Origin: Clostridia bacterium | Lineage (GTDB): Bacteria > Bacillota > Clostridia > TANB77 > CAG-465 | DNA length: 64,000 nucleotides | NCBI GenBank assembly: GCA_045536565.1 | Contig: JAZSNU010000011.1 | Coordinates: forward strand, 49,335-113,334 | Direction of reading: 5' to 3' | In this document: positions 19,884 to 28,174 of the stretch, one piece after another | Position numbering within the stretch: position 1 is the first letter of the stretch | How the letters are laid out: the number at the start of each line of letters is the position of its first letter | Notes under the pieces: model-generated | What the model saw: the letters and a program-made list of their open reading frames with translations, nothing else | The model's database searches: none | Told to the model about the DNA's origin: nothing | Position numbers and translations under genes: made by a program

Positions 19884-20906
19884 ATGGATATAATTGTACA
19901 AAAATATGGTGGTACATCGGTTGCAGATAAAGAAAAATTGGAACAAGTTTGTAATAAAATAATAAATACATATAACAAGGGGATAGGTGTAGTGGTTGTT
20001 GTATCAGCACAGGGAAAGACAACTGATAATTTAATATCCAAAGCAAAAGAATATACACAAGAAACATATGAAAGGGAAATGGATTTACTTTTATCTACTG
20101 GTGAAATTCAAACAGTAGCACTTTTATCCATGATGTTAAAAGATAAGGGATATAATGTAATGTCAATGACAGGTGAACAAGCAGGTATAATTACAAATGG
20201 TGATTATGGAAGTGCAAAAATAGTAAAAATTATAAAAGAAAATATAGAAAAATATGTTTATGATGGAAACATTGTGGTAGTTGCAGGTTTTCAAGGTGTA
20301 GATAAATTTGGAAATATTAATACATTAGGTAGAGGTGGAAGTGATTTATCTGCTGTTGCAATTAGTGTAGCACTTGGTGCAAAAGAATGTCAAATTTATA
20401 CAGATGTAGATGGCATATATACGGCAGACCCAAGAATTGTAAAAAATGCAAAATTGTTAAAGTCATTATCGTATGAAGAAATATTAGAGGCGGCAACAGC
20501 AGGAGCAAAAGTATTACATAATAGGTCGGTTGGTGTTGGGCGTATATATGATATGCCAATTAGGGTAAAAAATACTTGTAATGAAACAAGGGGTACAGAA
20601 GTTATTAATATAAAATATGATGATAAAGGTGAAATTTTAGAAAATTATGGTGCAAAGATAATTACTAAAAATGATGATGTATCTAAAATAACAATAGTAG
20701 GTGATAGTCTAATTTCTTATCCAGAACATTTTAATAAGATATTTACATTAGCAGCAGATAATAAAATACAATTAATTATGATATCATTTAGTGAAACAGC
20801 TATTAATATTATAGTAAAAAAAGATGTAGCTGAAAGATTTACTAATATATTGCATGATGAGATAATTGATGGAAGAGCAAAAGATAATAATATAGATGAA
20901 AATTGA
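19884..20906 (+). CDS. Aspartate kinase (short form, ~340 aa)
   Basis: I set the start at the ATG at 19884, preceded by GGAGG. KYGGTSVADKEK...VVVVVSAQGKTTDNLI is the aspartokinase N-terminal nucleotide-binding signature. The C-terminal region is ACT-like. Confidence 0.65.
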   Translation: MDIIVQKYGGTSVADKEKLEQVCNKIINTYNKGIGVVVVVSAQGKTTDNLISKAKEYTQETYEREMDLLLSTGEIQTVALLSMMLKDKGYNVMSMTGEQAGIITNGDYGSAKIVKIIKENIEKYVYDGNIVVVAGFQGVDKFGNINTLGRGGSDLSAVAISVALGAKECQIYTDVDGIYTADPRIVKNAKLLKSLSYEEILEAATAGAKVLHNRSVGVGRIYDMPIRVKNTCNETRGTEVINIKYDDKGEILENYGAKIITKNDDVSKITIVGDSLISYPEHFNKIFTLAADNKIQLIMISFSETAINIIVKKDVAERFTNILHDEIIDGRAKDNNIDEN

Positions 20907-20949
20907 TATTAAATGTTTAGAGCGTTAAATCAATATAAAATAGTGTGTA

Positions 20950-20990
20950 AAATGATGTGAAATAAGTATACTTCACATCATTTGCTTATT
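20950..20990 (+). terminator. Terminator after the aspartokinase gene
   Basis: aaatgatgtgaa...ttcacatcattt 12-bp inverted repeat. Confidence 0.5.
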
Positions 20991-21024
20991 AATAATATGT
21001 GAAAGATTGCTTGTTTGGAAAAAA

Positions 21025-21054
21025 TTGACAAAGTTCCCCTTTGTGTTGTATAAT
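21025..21054 (+). promoter_or_regulatory. SigA-type promoter for the rSAM-precursor operon
   Basis: TTGACA at 21025-30, 18-nt spacer, TATAAT at 21049-54. Confidence 0.5.
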
Positions 21055-21111
21055 ATTTCTATCAATAAATTTGCATAATTATTTAATAATATTATGAAAG
21101 GGGAATTTACT

Positions 21112-22443
21112 ATGCAATTATCAAAGTTTTTTCACGCGATACCTATAAACAATGAAATCTATGCTCTATATAACTCTTTGTTAATGGATATTATTTTTGT
21201 TAACAAAGAAGAATATACGGATATAGTGTTACTTAGATCCGCGGATATAGATACATTAAAAGAATATGGTATATATGTAGAAGATGAATCTAGGGACGAA
21301 GATGCACTTCTAGTTATGCAAGAGGAATATGAAAAACTTAATCGGAAAATTGAAATAATGTATTTTATTGTTTCTACTGGGTGTAATCTTAAATGTAAGT
21401 ATTGTTTTGAGGAAGAAAGTAAGCATAATAATCATAGTGAGATTAATATGAGTTATGAAATCGCTATGACAGCTGCTAAAAAGTATGTTGAATATTTGGA
21501 AAGGCATGATATTGAAAAACCACAGGTTATATTTTATGGTGGGGAGCCATTAGTAAATTGGGATATTGTAAAAAGTGTTATAAATTACATATCTTCATGT
21601 AATTCTAAGGTTAAATTTAATATTGTTACTAACGGAACATTGATTGATGATGAAAAAGCTAAATACATTTCTGAACATGATGTAGAAGTTGGTATTTCGC
21701 TCGATGGCCCTAAATGTATTAATGATTATAACAGGATATTTAGAGTTGAAAATAATAGTGTTTATGATACTGTTATGAAGAAAATAGATATACTAAAAAA
21801 TTACAAATGCAAATATGGTTTATCAATTACAATATCTCAAGCATTAATTGATTCTAAAGACAAGGTTTTAGAGTGGTTAAAGACATCAGGTCTTCAGAGT
21901 GTTTTTTATAATTTATATCATTATGGAGAGGTTTCGGATACTTGGGAAGATTTTTATAATGAAATGAGTAATTATCTAATAGAGTCATATAATAATCTTT
22001 CAACTATTGGAATTGCTGATGGTAGACTTAATAGAAAAATCGATAGTTTATTGGACAACAAAATAAAATTCTCTGATTGTGCTGCTGTTGGTGTGAATCA
22101 ATTGACAATAAAGCCAAATGGTGATGTTATAGTTTGTCATGGATATGTAAAAACAGACAAGTATGTTTTAGGAAATATTAAAGACAAAGCTATTGAAGAA
22201 CTAGCATATTCTGAAGGTACAAATATCTGGAAAAGCCTGGCTCCAATATATAATGAAGAATGCTTGAAATGTGATTCATTATATATATGCGGTGGTGGCT
22301 GTTCTATGCAATCGGAAGCTTTATTTGGAGGAGTGCAAAATATCGACAGAGCTTTTTGTATTCATTCTAAAAAAAGTTTGTATTGGTTGCTTGAAAGGCT
22401 GTATGAAGCCTCTATAGAACAAATAAATAAGAAAGGAGAATAA
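21112..22443 (+). CDS. Radical SAM / SPASM-domain peptide-modifying enzyme (sactisynthase/ranthipeptide-maturase-like) with an N-terminal RRE-like domain
   Basis: Probable start is the ATG at 21112 (AAAGGGGA RBS); the ORF-track start is 21094. It has CNLKCKYC (CxxxCxxC) about 95 aa from the N-terminus, and two C-terminal auxiliary-cluster motifs CAAVG...VCHGY and CLKCDSLYICGGGC (SPASM). The ~90-aa leader-binding-like N-terminal extension precedes the rSAM core. Confidence 0.8.
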   Translation: MQLSKFFHAIPINNEIYALYNSLLMDIIFVNKEEYTDIVLLRSADIDTLKEYGIYVEDESRDEDALLVMQEEYEKLNRKIEIMYFIVSTGCNLKCKYCFEEESKHNNHSEINMSYEIAMTAAKKYVEYLERHDIEKPQVIFYGGEPLVNWDIVKSVINYISSCNSKVKFNIVTNGTLIDDEKAKYISEHDVEVGISLDGPKCINDYNRIFRVENNSVYDTVMKKIDILKNYKCKYGLSITISQALIDSKDKVLEWLKTSGLQSVFYNLYHYGEVSDTWEDFYNEMSNYLIESYNNLSTIGIADGRLNRKIDSLLDNKIKFSDCAAVGVNQLTIKPNGDVIVCHGYVKTDKYVLGNIKDKAIEELAYSEGTNIWKSLAPIYNEECLKCDSLYICGGGCSMQSEALFGGVQNIDRAFCIHSKKSLYWLLERLYEASIEQINKKGE

Positions 22444-22448
22444 GCAAC

Positions 22449-22616
22449 ATGTTGAAGTCTTCGAAGAAATCCTTGAAAAAGGTACTTCCAAAAGAAGCAA
22501 AAACATTCGCATCTACATGCGCATGCGGAATTTGCAGTGGTGGAAGTGGAAACTGCAAAGGTTGCCAGGATAAAAATGTAGACACGAAAACTGTCAAACA
22601 GATTTATTCTAAGTAA
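22449..22616 (+). CDS. 55-aa Cys-rich RiPP precursor peptide (absent from the ORF track because it is under 60 aa)
   Basis: The ATG lies 6 nt after the rSAM stop with GGAG upstream. It translates as MLKSSKKSLKKVLPKEAKTFASTCACGICSGGSGNCKGCQDKNVDTKTVKQIYSK, a Lys-rich leader followed by five Cys within an 18-residue Gly/Ser-rich core. The local GC is higher than the flanks. Confidence 0.7.
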   Translation: MLKSSKKSLKKVLPKEAKTFASTCACGICSGGSGNCKGCQDKNVDTKTVKQIYSK

Positions 22617-22620
22617 CCTA

Positions 22621-22665
22621 AAAAATGTACTAGGTAAGTGATAGTTCACTTACCTAGTATTTTTA
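22621..22665. terminator. Bidirectional terminator after the precursor peptide
   Basis: actaggtaagtga/tcacttacctagt 13-bp perfect inverted repeat flanked by A5 and T5. It overlaps the last codons of the convergent gene. Confidence 0.65.
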
Positions 22666-23195
22666 CACCAATTTTGAAATTCAATAGAACTTATATGATA
22701 AGAGGGTTTGATATATTTATTACATATATAAAACTCATCTGACAAGACTTCATTAAATGTATTTTTTATATATTCTTTAAAGTAAAATGATATAGTATTT
22801 ATCGCATCAATTTCAGAGTTGTATTCAAATATTCCGTTTTCATTATTAGAAGAGTTATCTTCTATATTGTACCATTTGCCATTTAATGAATATAATATAA
22901 ATGTATGGGTTTGATGTATATCTAAATCATCGTTTTTATATTCTAGATAATATGTGTTATTTGGAATATTGTTTGAATTAAAATAATATCTATATAACTC
23001 TACAACATCCCAACACCATGCACATTTATTTTTTAAAGTATCGTGTGGAGATTGAAGTATATATAATTTATCAATATCTACATGTTCAAAATCATTGGGA
23101 TAATACTTATTGCCAAAAGTATCTACAAATCCATATTTAATTTCTTGTTTAACATATTTATATAATTCAGAAGGGTTCATTTCTAAAAAATTCAT
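22650..23195 (-). CDS. Hypothetical Cys/His protein (181 aa), a possible papain-like or transglutaminase-like peptidase
   Basis: I set the start at the ATG at 23195, preceded by GGTGAT. It has NKCAWCWD (a candidate nucleophile Cys) and HQTHTF about 45 residues later. The fold assignment is an inference only. Confidence 0.4.
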   Translation of the reverse strand: MNFLEMNPSELYKYVKQEIKYGFVDTFGNKYYPNDFEHVDIDKLYILQSPHDTLKNKCAWCWDVVELYRYYFNSNNIPNNTYYLEYKNDDLDIHQTHTFILYSLNGKWYNIEDNSSNNENGIFEYNSEIDAINTISFYFKEYIKNTFNEVLSDEFYICNKYIKPSYHISSIEFQNWCKNTR

Positions 23196-23475
23196 TATAA
23201 TCACCAAGCAAATAATAGCATAATATTTAGAAAAATTCAAGTTTTGTATGAGTTAAACAATATTGATTATCCTCTCGCATTATGATATATTACAGTTATG
23301 GAGAGTTAGTTTATGAATAGTAAATTTGATGAATATTATTCTGCTTTTTTGGATATAGATAATGCAGTTAAAATAAATAACATATGGTATATTCGGAACA
23401 GACAATAGAGATATTCCCTTAAATAAAGAGTTCTTTTATCCAGTTATATTAACAAAATATAATGGGAAAATATAT

Positions 23476-24063
23476 TTGTCTGTTTCTAATAAATACTATG
23501 ATGTTATATTAAACACTATAAAAGATATTGATTTTACATTGCTTAGTAACAATGAAATTATTTCTATATTCCAAAATATATTTTCAAACATGATAGATAA
23601 TTTTGAAGTAAAAGAAATGTATAGAATGTGTAAAGATACAATAATAAGTATATTAGATAGTAAGGCCGTACTTTTAAATAATGATACAAAACAGTATTTT
23701 ATGAATACTGGAAATAGAGCAAGTGATGTTAGTTTTAAAGAAAAGAAATGGGAACAGCTTAAATATATATTAGATAGTGAAATGATATATATTGTTCCAA
23801 GTGATAATAAGATTTCATCAATTGCATTTACATCAGATATTTATTATAGAGGGGCTAATATTGTTGTAAATACTAATGAAAAATATAGAAGAAAAGGGTA
23901 TGGTAAGATGGCAGTAGCAGCTCTTACAAATTCAATATTGGAAAAGAAGTTATTACCTATATATTTTGTAAATGTAAATAATGAGTCATCTATAAATCTT
24001 GCAAAATCATTAGGATATAAAAGTATGGCTTTGGAAATAGTTTTATGCGTAAAAAATAGATGA
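23476..24063 (+). CDS. GNAT-family N-acetyltransferase
   Basis: C-terminal motif A region RRKGYGKMAVAAL plus a downstream beta-strand, the typical GNAT core. Confidence 0.55.
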   Translation: MSVSNKYYDVILNTIKDIDFTLLSNNEIISIFQNIFSNMIDNFEVKEMYRMCKDTIISILDSKAVLLNNDTKQYFMNTGNRASDVSFKEKKWEQLKYILDSEMIYIVPSDNKISSIAFTSDIYYRGANIVVNTNEKYRRKGYGKMAVAALTNSILEKKLLPIYFVNVNNESSINLAKSLGYKSMALEIVLCVKNR

Positions 24064-24104
24064 AACATTAATAATTATGTAATATATACTTTTCACTTTG
24101 TGGG

Positions 24105-24133
24105 TTGACATAAAATTGAAAACGCGGTATAAT
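24105..24133 (+). promoter_or_regulatory. SigA-type promoter
   Basis: TTGACA at 24105-10, 17-nt spacer, TATAAT at 24128-33. Confidence 0.5.
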
Positions 24134-24166
24134 TATATTATAAAAAAATATTAAGGAGGATTTCTA

Positions 24167-24739
24167 ATGAAATGCTGTTTTTTGTTTAGAAGTAAAATAC
24201 CCGCTGAAAATTTGTTTAAATTTCTCAAAAATGAATTAAAAGGTGAAGTAAGGCTAACAAGTTATATTGGTTATCCAATAATTTATGTTCAAGAAGATGA
24301 ATATGAGACTGCAATTATAAAAGGTTCTCAGTACGCTAAAAGATATACACTTGACTGTTGGTGGCTTGATATAAGTCAAAGAAGAGTGATTATTCCATAT
24401 GTTCCTGTTGCATATGCTGAAATCTATAAAGAAGGTAAGTTTGAAGATGGTTCTTGGAAAAAATCTACAACTGATAAAATAAGGGCACTTACAAAACTTG
24501 CAAGTAAAGCACTGAAAAGAGAGGTAATATTTGAAGAGACACCATGTAAAGATGTTCGATTTTACATTAAGAGAACAGACGATATGCATGAAATTCATCA
24601 GACACAAAGAGTAATGTTTTCAAAAGTTTTTGCTACTTCCGTTCAAAATGTTATATTTAAAAGAGCCGTTTTATGTGATTATTTTGGAAAACATATAATT
24701 CAAATGAAAGATGTCGAAGAAATAGGAGAAGATAATTAA
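24167..24739 (+). CDS. Hypothetical protein (190 aa)
   Basis: RBS AGGAGG is upstream. No motif recognised. Confidence 0.45.
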   Translation: MKCCFLFRSKIPAENLFKFLKNELKGEVRLTSYIGYPIIYVQEDEYETAIIKGSQYAKRYTLDCWWLDISQRRVIIPYVPVAYAEIYKEGKFEDGSWKKSTTDKIRALTKLASKALKREVIFEETPCKDVRFYIKRTDDMHEIHQTQRVMFSKVFATSVQNVIFKRAVLCDYFGKHIIQMKDVEEIGEDN

Positions 24740-24810
24740 TGGTATTAACTAAGTATTGCTGTTAGTATGTGTTTACTGTTAACACTATATAATTATTAGG
24801 AGGATTTTTT

Positions 24811-25002
24811 ATGAAATTATTTTTACGGGTAATAGGATTTTTGCTTATTGCAATGGGTATAATTACAATAGGATACATATCAATAACCAATTGGAAAGAT
24901 TCTGAATTAATCATATACATGAATCATTGGAAAATAGTGATACCATCAATCATTTCGGTATTTGTTGGTTATTTCATGTTGTATATTTCAGAAAAACATT
25001 AA
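24811..25002 (+). CDS. Small two-TM membrane protein (63 aa)
   Basis: RBS AGGAGG is upstream. It has two hydrophobic helices and is followed by terminator aaagctgca..tgcagcttt at 25007-25036. Confidence 0.5.
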   Translation: MKLFLRVIGFLLIAMGIITIGYISITNWKDSELIIYMNHWKIVIPSIISVFVGYFMLYISEKH

Positions 25003-25174
25003 CTTTTAAAGCTGCATTAATATTGCAGCTTTTTCATTTATAAAAAGTAACTTGTTGTTATTTTTTTATAAAATTATTTGCATAATATTATAATAGTTCT
25101 TTATAATATTATTACCATATATTTGATTGACAACAAATAGCATAAATGATAAAATACCAAACAGGTGATGATAT

Positions 25175-25822
25175 ATGAGTAAGGATAGAAAAGCATTGAT
25201 AATAGTACTTGTTTGTATAATTTTGTTATTATCATTTGCTTTAATATATTTAAATACAGATTTGTTTAAGAAAACAGAAGTTGGAACGGTTATTGATAAT
25301 AATGTATCACAAAATATTAGATTTTATAGAGATTATCCAGGTGTGAATGAGGAAAATGTATACTATTATGCTACATATGATGAAATTATAGAAGTTCTAA
25401 CAACTGGAACAGGTATCGTTTTCTTTGGTTTTCCTGCTTGTCCTTGGTGTCAGGCATACGCACCAGTTTTAGATGAAGTTGCAAGAGAAAGAGATGTAGA
25501 AAAAATTTATTACCTAGATATAAAGGAAATGAGAGAAAAAGATACCGATGAGTATAAAAAATTAGTTGAATTAACAGATGGATATCTAGAAAAAGATGAA
25601 AAAGGTAATAAAAGGATATATGTTCCGGATTCGTATTTTGTTAAAGAGGGTAAAATAGTTGGACATAATAATAGCATGAGCATGTTATCAGGAGATAATG
25701 TAACAGAATACTTTGACGAGGAAAAAAGAAAAGAATTAAAAAATGAGCTTATAGAGTTAACAGAAAAAGTGTATGAACCTGTGTGCGATGATACTACTGT
25801 AAATGTATATGGTGGATGTTAA
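25175..25822 (+). CDS. Membrane-anchored thioredoxin-fold protein (CPWC active site)
   Basis: N-terminal TM helix, then GFPACPWCQAYAPVLDEV, a CxxC thiol-disulfide oxidoreductase motif. Confidence 0.55.
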   Translation: MSKDRKALIIVLVCIILLLSFALIYLNTDLFKKTEVGTVIDNNVSQNIRFYRDYPGVNEENVYYYATYDEIIEVLTTGTGIVFFGFPACPWCQAYAPVLDEVARERDVEKIYYLDIKEMREKDTDEYKKLVELTDGYLEKDEKGNKRIYVPDSYFVKEGKIVGHNNSMSMLSGDNVTEYFDEEKRKELKNELIELTEKVYEPVCDDTTVNVYGGC

Positions 25823-25929
25823 TATTGTTTATTAAATAGTACAAATTTATTTAAGTTTGTACTATTTTTTGCATATTTAATTAAATTTGAGAATATATAT
25901 TAAGTATATAAAACGAGGAGGATAAATAA

Positions 25930-26223
25930 ATGGAAGATAAAAAAATAACACAAACAAATAAAATATTAAATCATAATATCGTAATGGAGAATAGAGAAAA
26001 AGTTATAATAACAGGAATTATAGATATTCATAGTTTTGATGATGAATTAGTTTTAACTGAAACTGAAATGGGCATACTAACAATCAAGGGAAGAGATTTA
26101 AAGATGAATAAACTAAATTTAGATAATACTGAATTAGTAGTAGAAGGTCAGATAGGAATGCTGCAATATAACGATGTGGATAGTATGAAAAAAGGCGGAA
26201 TGTTTAATAAAATATTTAAATAG
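25930..26223 (+). CDS. yabP: Sporulation protein YabP
   Basis: 97 aa. VMENREKVIITGIIDIHSFDDELVLTETEMGILTIKGRDLKMNKLNLDNTELVVEG follows the YabP family pattern. Confidence 0.75.
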   Translation: MEDKKITQTNKILNHNIVMENREKVIITGIIDIHSFDDELVLTETEMGILTIKGRDLKMNKLNLDNTELVVEGQIGMLQYNDVDSMKKGGMFNKIFK

Positions 26224-26238
26224 TAAGGGCGAAATAAA

Positions 26239-26718
26239 ATGGAGTTAAAGGAAGAAACGGTAACTTTTTTTACATTTATAATAGTGGGAATAATTATTGG
26301 TATAGTATTTGATTTTTTTAGAGCGTTAAGGAGAGTAAAAAAATATAACGAAAAATATATATGTGTTCAAGACATATTGTTTTTTATAATAATAAGTATA
26401 GTTTTGATGAGTACTTTAATATATAAATTAGAGTATAGTTTAAGACTATATTTATTTTTCTCTCTGTTTTTGGGAATAGTAATATATATTTCTACGATAA
26501 GTTCATATGTAATGAAGATATATATATCGTTTATAAAAATATTTAGTAGTATAATTTGTTTTGTATTAATGCCAATTAATATGTATAAACAATGTTTTAT
26601 GACAATATATAACTTTTTAGTAAAAAAATCAAAAAAATGTTGCAATAAATTTCATAATATGATATCTTATTTGTATAAACAGTATAAATATAAATTACAT
26701 AAGATAAAAATAAAATAA
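26239..26718 (+). CDS. yabQ: Spore cortex biosynthesis protein YabQ
   Basis: It has the DFFRALRR motif after the first TM helix and lies immediately downstream of yabP, as in Bacillus. Confidence 0.7.
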   Translation: MELKEETVTFFTFIIVGIIIGIVFDFFRALRRVKKYNEKYICVQDILFFIIISIVLMSTLIYKLEYSLRLYLFFSLFLGIVIYISTISSYVMKIYISFIKIFSSIICFVLMPINMYKQCFMTIYNFLVKKSKKCCNKFHNMISYLYKQYKYKLHKIKIK

Positions 26719-26728
26719 GAGGGAAGAA

Positions 26729-27025
26729 ATGTATAAAGGAAAAAGTAAAAAATGTAAAAGAAAACTAAACTTTACAAGAATATTACTAATTGGTGGTTTG
26801 GCATATTTTACATCTATATTTTGTGTTCAACAGTTTAAAATAAATGAATATAAAGTTCAAGAAGAATATTACAGTGAGGCTATATCAGAAATAGAACAAG
26901 AAAAAGCAGAATACCAAAATTTGGCTAGTCAGTCTGATACAGTAGAATATATAGAAAAAGTGGCAAGAGAAGAATTAGGACTAGTAAAACCATATGAAAA
27001 AATATTCATTGATGTGAATAAATAA
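26729..27025 (+). CDS. divIC: Septum formation initiator DivIC/FtsB-like
   Basis: 98 aa with a single TM and a coiled coil. It keeps the conserved yabP-yabQ-divIC order. Confidence 0.6.
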   Translation: MYKGKSKKCKRKLNFTRILLIGGLAYFTSIFCVQQFKINEYKVQEEYYSEAISEIEQEKAEYQNLASQSDTVEYIEKVAREELGLVKPYEKIFIDVNK

Positions 27026-27050
27026 ATTATACTTAATAATTACCGTAATT

Positions 27051-27085
27051 AAAGGAGAAAGTTTTCACTTTCTCCTTTATTCTAT
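27051..27085. terminator. Bidirectional terminator between divIC and the VanW-like gene
   Basis: aaaggagaaag tttcac tttctccttt. Confidence 0.55.
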
Positions 27086-27799
27086 TTCTATAAGTTTTAC
27101 AGTTACTTCATGACCGTCTGTACTTGCAGATATTTTTATATCATTTTCTCTATTATTTATAAATTTAAGGTTTGCACCACCATATAATACACTTGCATCT
27201 TTATCTTGCGGAACATAATATACGCGCCTGCTATGTGCATGCCTTTCTGTAATTTCTAGTCCTGCTATGAGAGCTGAATTATATAGTGTACTGCTTATTT
27301 GACAAATTCCTCCGCCATATATTTTTATTTTCTTTCCATTTCCGTTAAATCCTGTTGCTTCTTCATATCCTTGCTCTTTCCCCATAGGTCCTATTGTATC
27401 ATTAAAAGAAAACTCTTGTCCTTTTTCTACAATTGCTCCATCTAATTTATCAATTGCTAATGTTATATTGTGTATCCTAGATTCTTCTGTATCATATATT
27501 GTAGTTGTATAAGTAGCAATTTCTACTTCTTTCTGAGCATTTTGTATATTTATGTTTTCTGCGTTTTGATCAATAGTTATATCAATATCTCCTAAAATGT
27601 TTGTACTTTCATTTTCTTTATCATCACTAGCATTTTCATTATCCGCAACATTTATATATGAACTAGATTCTTTTACTTTGTTATCTCTTAAAGTTTTTAT
27701 CGGTGAATATGTGATTGAAATTATACCCCAAATTGTGCCACCAAGGATGGCTGTGATAAATAGAATTAAAAGAATATTTTTTATTTTTTCTTCGTTCAT
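27077..27799 (-). CDS. VanW-family protein
   Basis: N-terminal TM, then a C-terminal GGGICQISSTLYNSALIAGLEITERHAHS VanW signature. Confidence 0.7.
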   Translation of the reverse strand: MNEEKIKNILLILFITAILGGTIWGIISITYSPIKTLRDNKVKESSSYINVADNENASDDKENESTNILGDIDITIDQNAENINIQNAQKEVEIATYTTTIYDTEESRIHNITLAIDKLDGAIVEKGQEFSFNDTIGPMGKEQGYEEATGFNGNGKKIKIYGGGICQISSTLYNSALIAGLEITERHAHSRRVYYVPQDKDASVLYGGANLKFINNRENDIKISASTDGHEVTVKLIEIE

Positions 27800-27913
27800 G
27801 ATTTTCCTCCAAAATATATAAATATTCTGTGAATATATTTAATATATATACAAAGAAAAATAATAAAAAGACATTAATTGTTTTTTTAATTAATGTCTTA
27901 TACATTTTTAAAA

Positions 27914-28144
27914 TTAACACTCATTCTTATTATTGCAAAAAAACAAAATAAAAATAATTATAACTATTATAATAGGTAATATTCCAGAAAAATTAAAGCC
28001 AGTATGGCAATTATTGTTATTACCATAGTTGTTGCAAGAATTATTATTGTTATTACAATTATTTGTATTCATGTAATCATTAAAATTTGAACAATTTTTG
28101 TTTTCATCTATTACACAATTATTTGAATTATTGTCATTAAACAT
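27914..28144 (-). CDS. Asn/Cys-rich small membrane-anchored protein (76 aa)
   Basis: I set the start at the ATG at 28144, preceded by AGGAG. It translates as MFNDNNSNNCVIDENKNCSNFNDYMNTNNCNNNNNSCNNYGNNNNCHTGF..., then a TM helix ending CNNKNEC. It has 7 Cys and lies directly downstream of the peroxiredoxin on the same strand. Confidence 0.45.
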   Translation of the reverse strand: MFNDNNSNNCVIDENKNCSNFNDYMNTNNCNNNNNSCNNYGNNNNCHTGFNFSGILPIIIVIIIFILFFCNNKNEC

Positions 28145-28174
28145 ATTATCAACTCCTACTATCATATATTAAAT

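Noticed and set aside
18475-20559. Minus-strand ORFs 18475-18723, 19786-20067 and 20362-20559
   Set aside because: They overlap the ABC-F and aspartokinase genes, or the intergenic promoter region, without start signals. They are His/Leu-rich complements of coding sequence.
22321-22649. Three overlapping minus-strand ORFs (63, 95 and 61 aa) across the rSAM 3' end and precursor region
   Set aside because: The plus strand encodes the SPASM C-terminus and a translationally coupled 55-aa precursor with an RBS. The minus ORFs are artefacts of the Cys/Gly-codon-rich precursor sequence.
24254-24607. 117-aa Cys-rich minus-strand ORF inside the 24167-24739 gene
   Set aside because: Antisense to an ORF with a strong AGGAGG RBS and promoter. 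No RBS of its own.
26367-26645. Minus-strand ORF in yabQ
   Set aside because: Antisense overlap.
27597-27920. ORFs 27597-27821 (+) and 27681-27920 (-) around the VanW gene's 5' end
   Set aside because: They overlap the VanW N-terminus or promoter. No RBS. Low-complexity.
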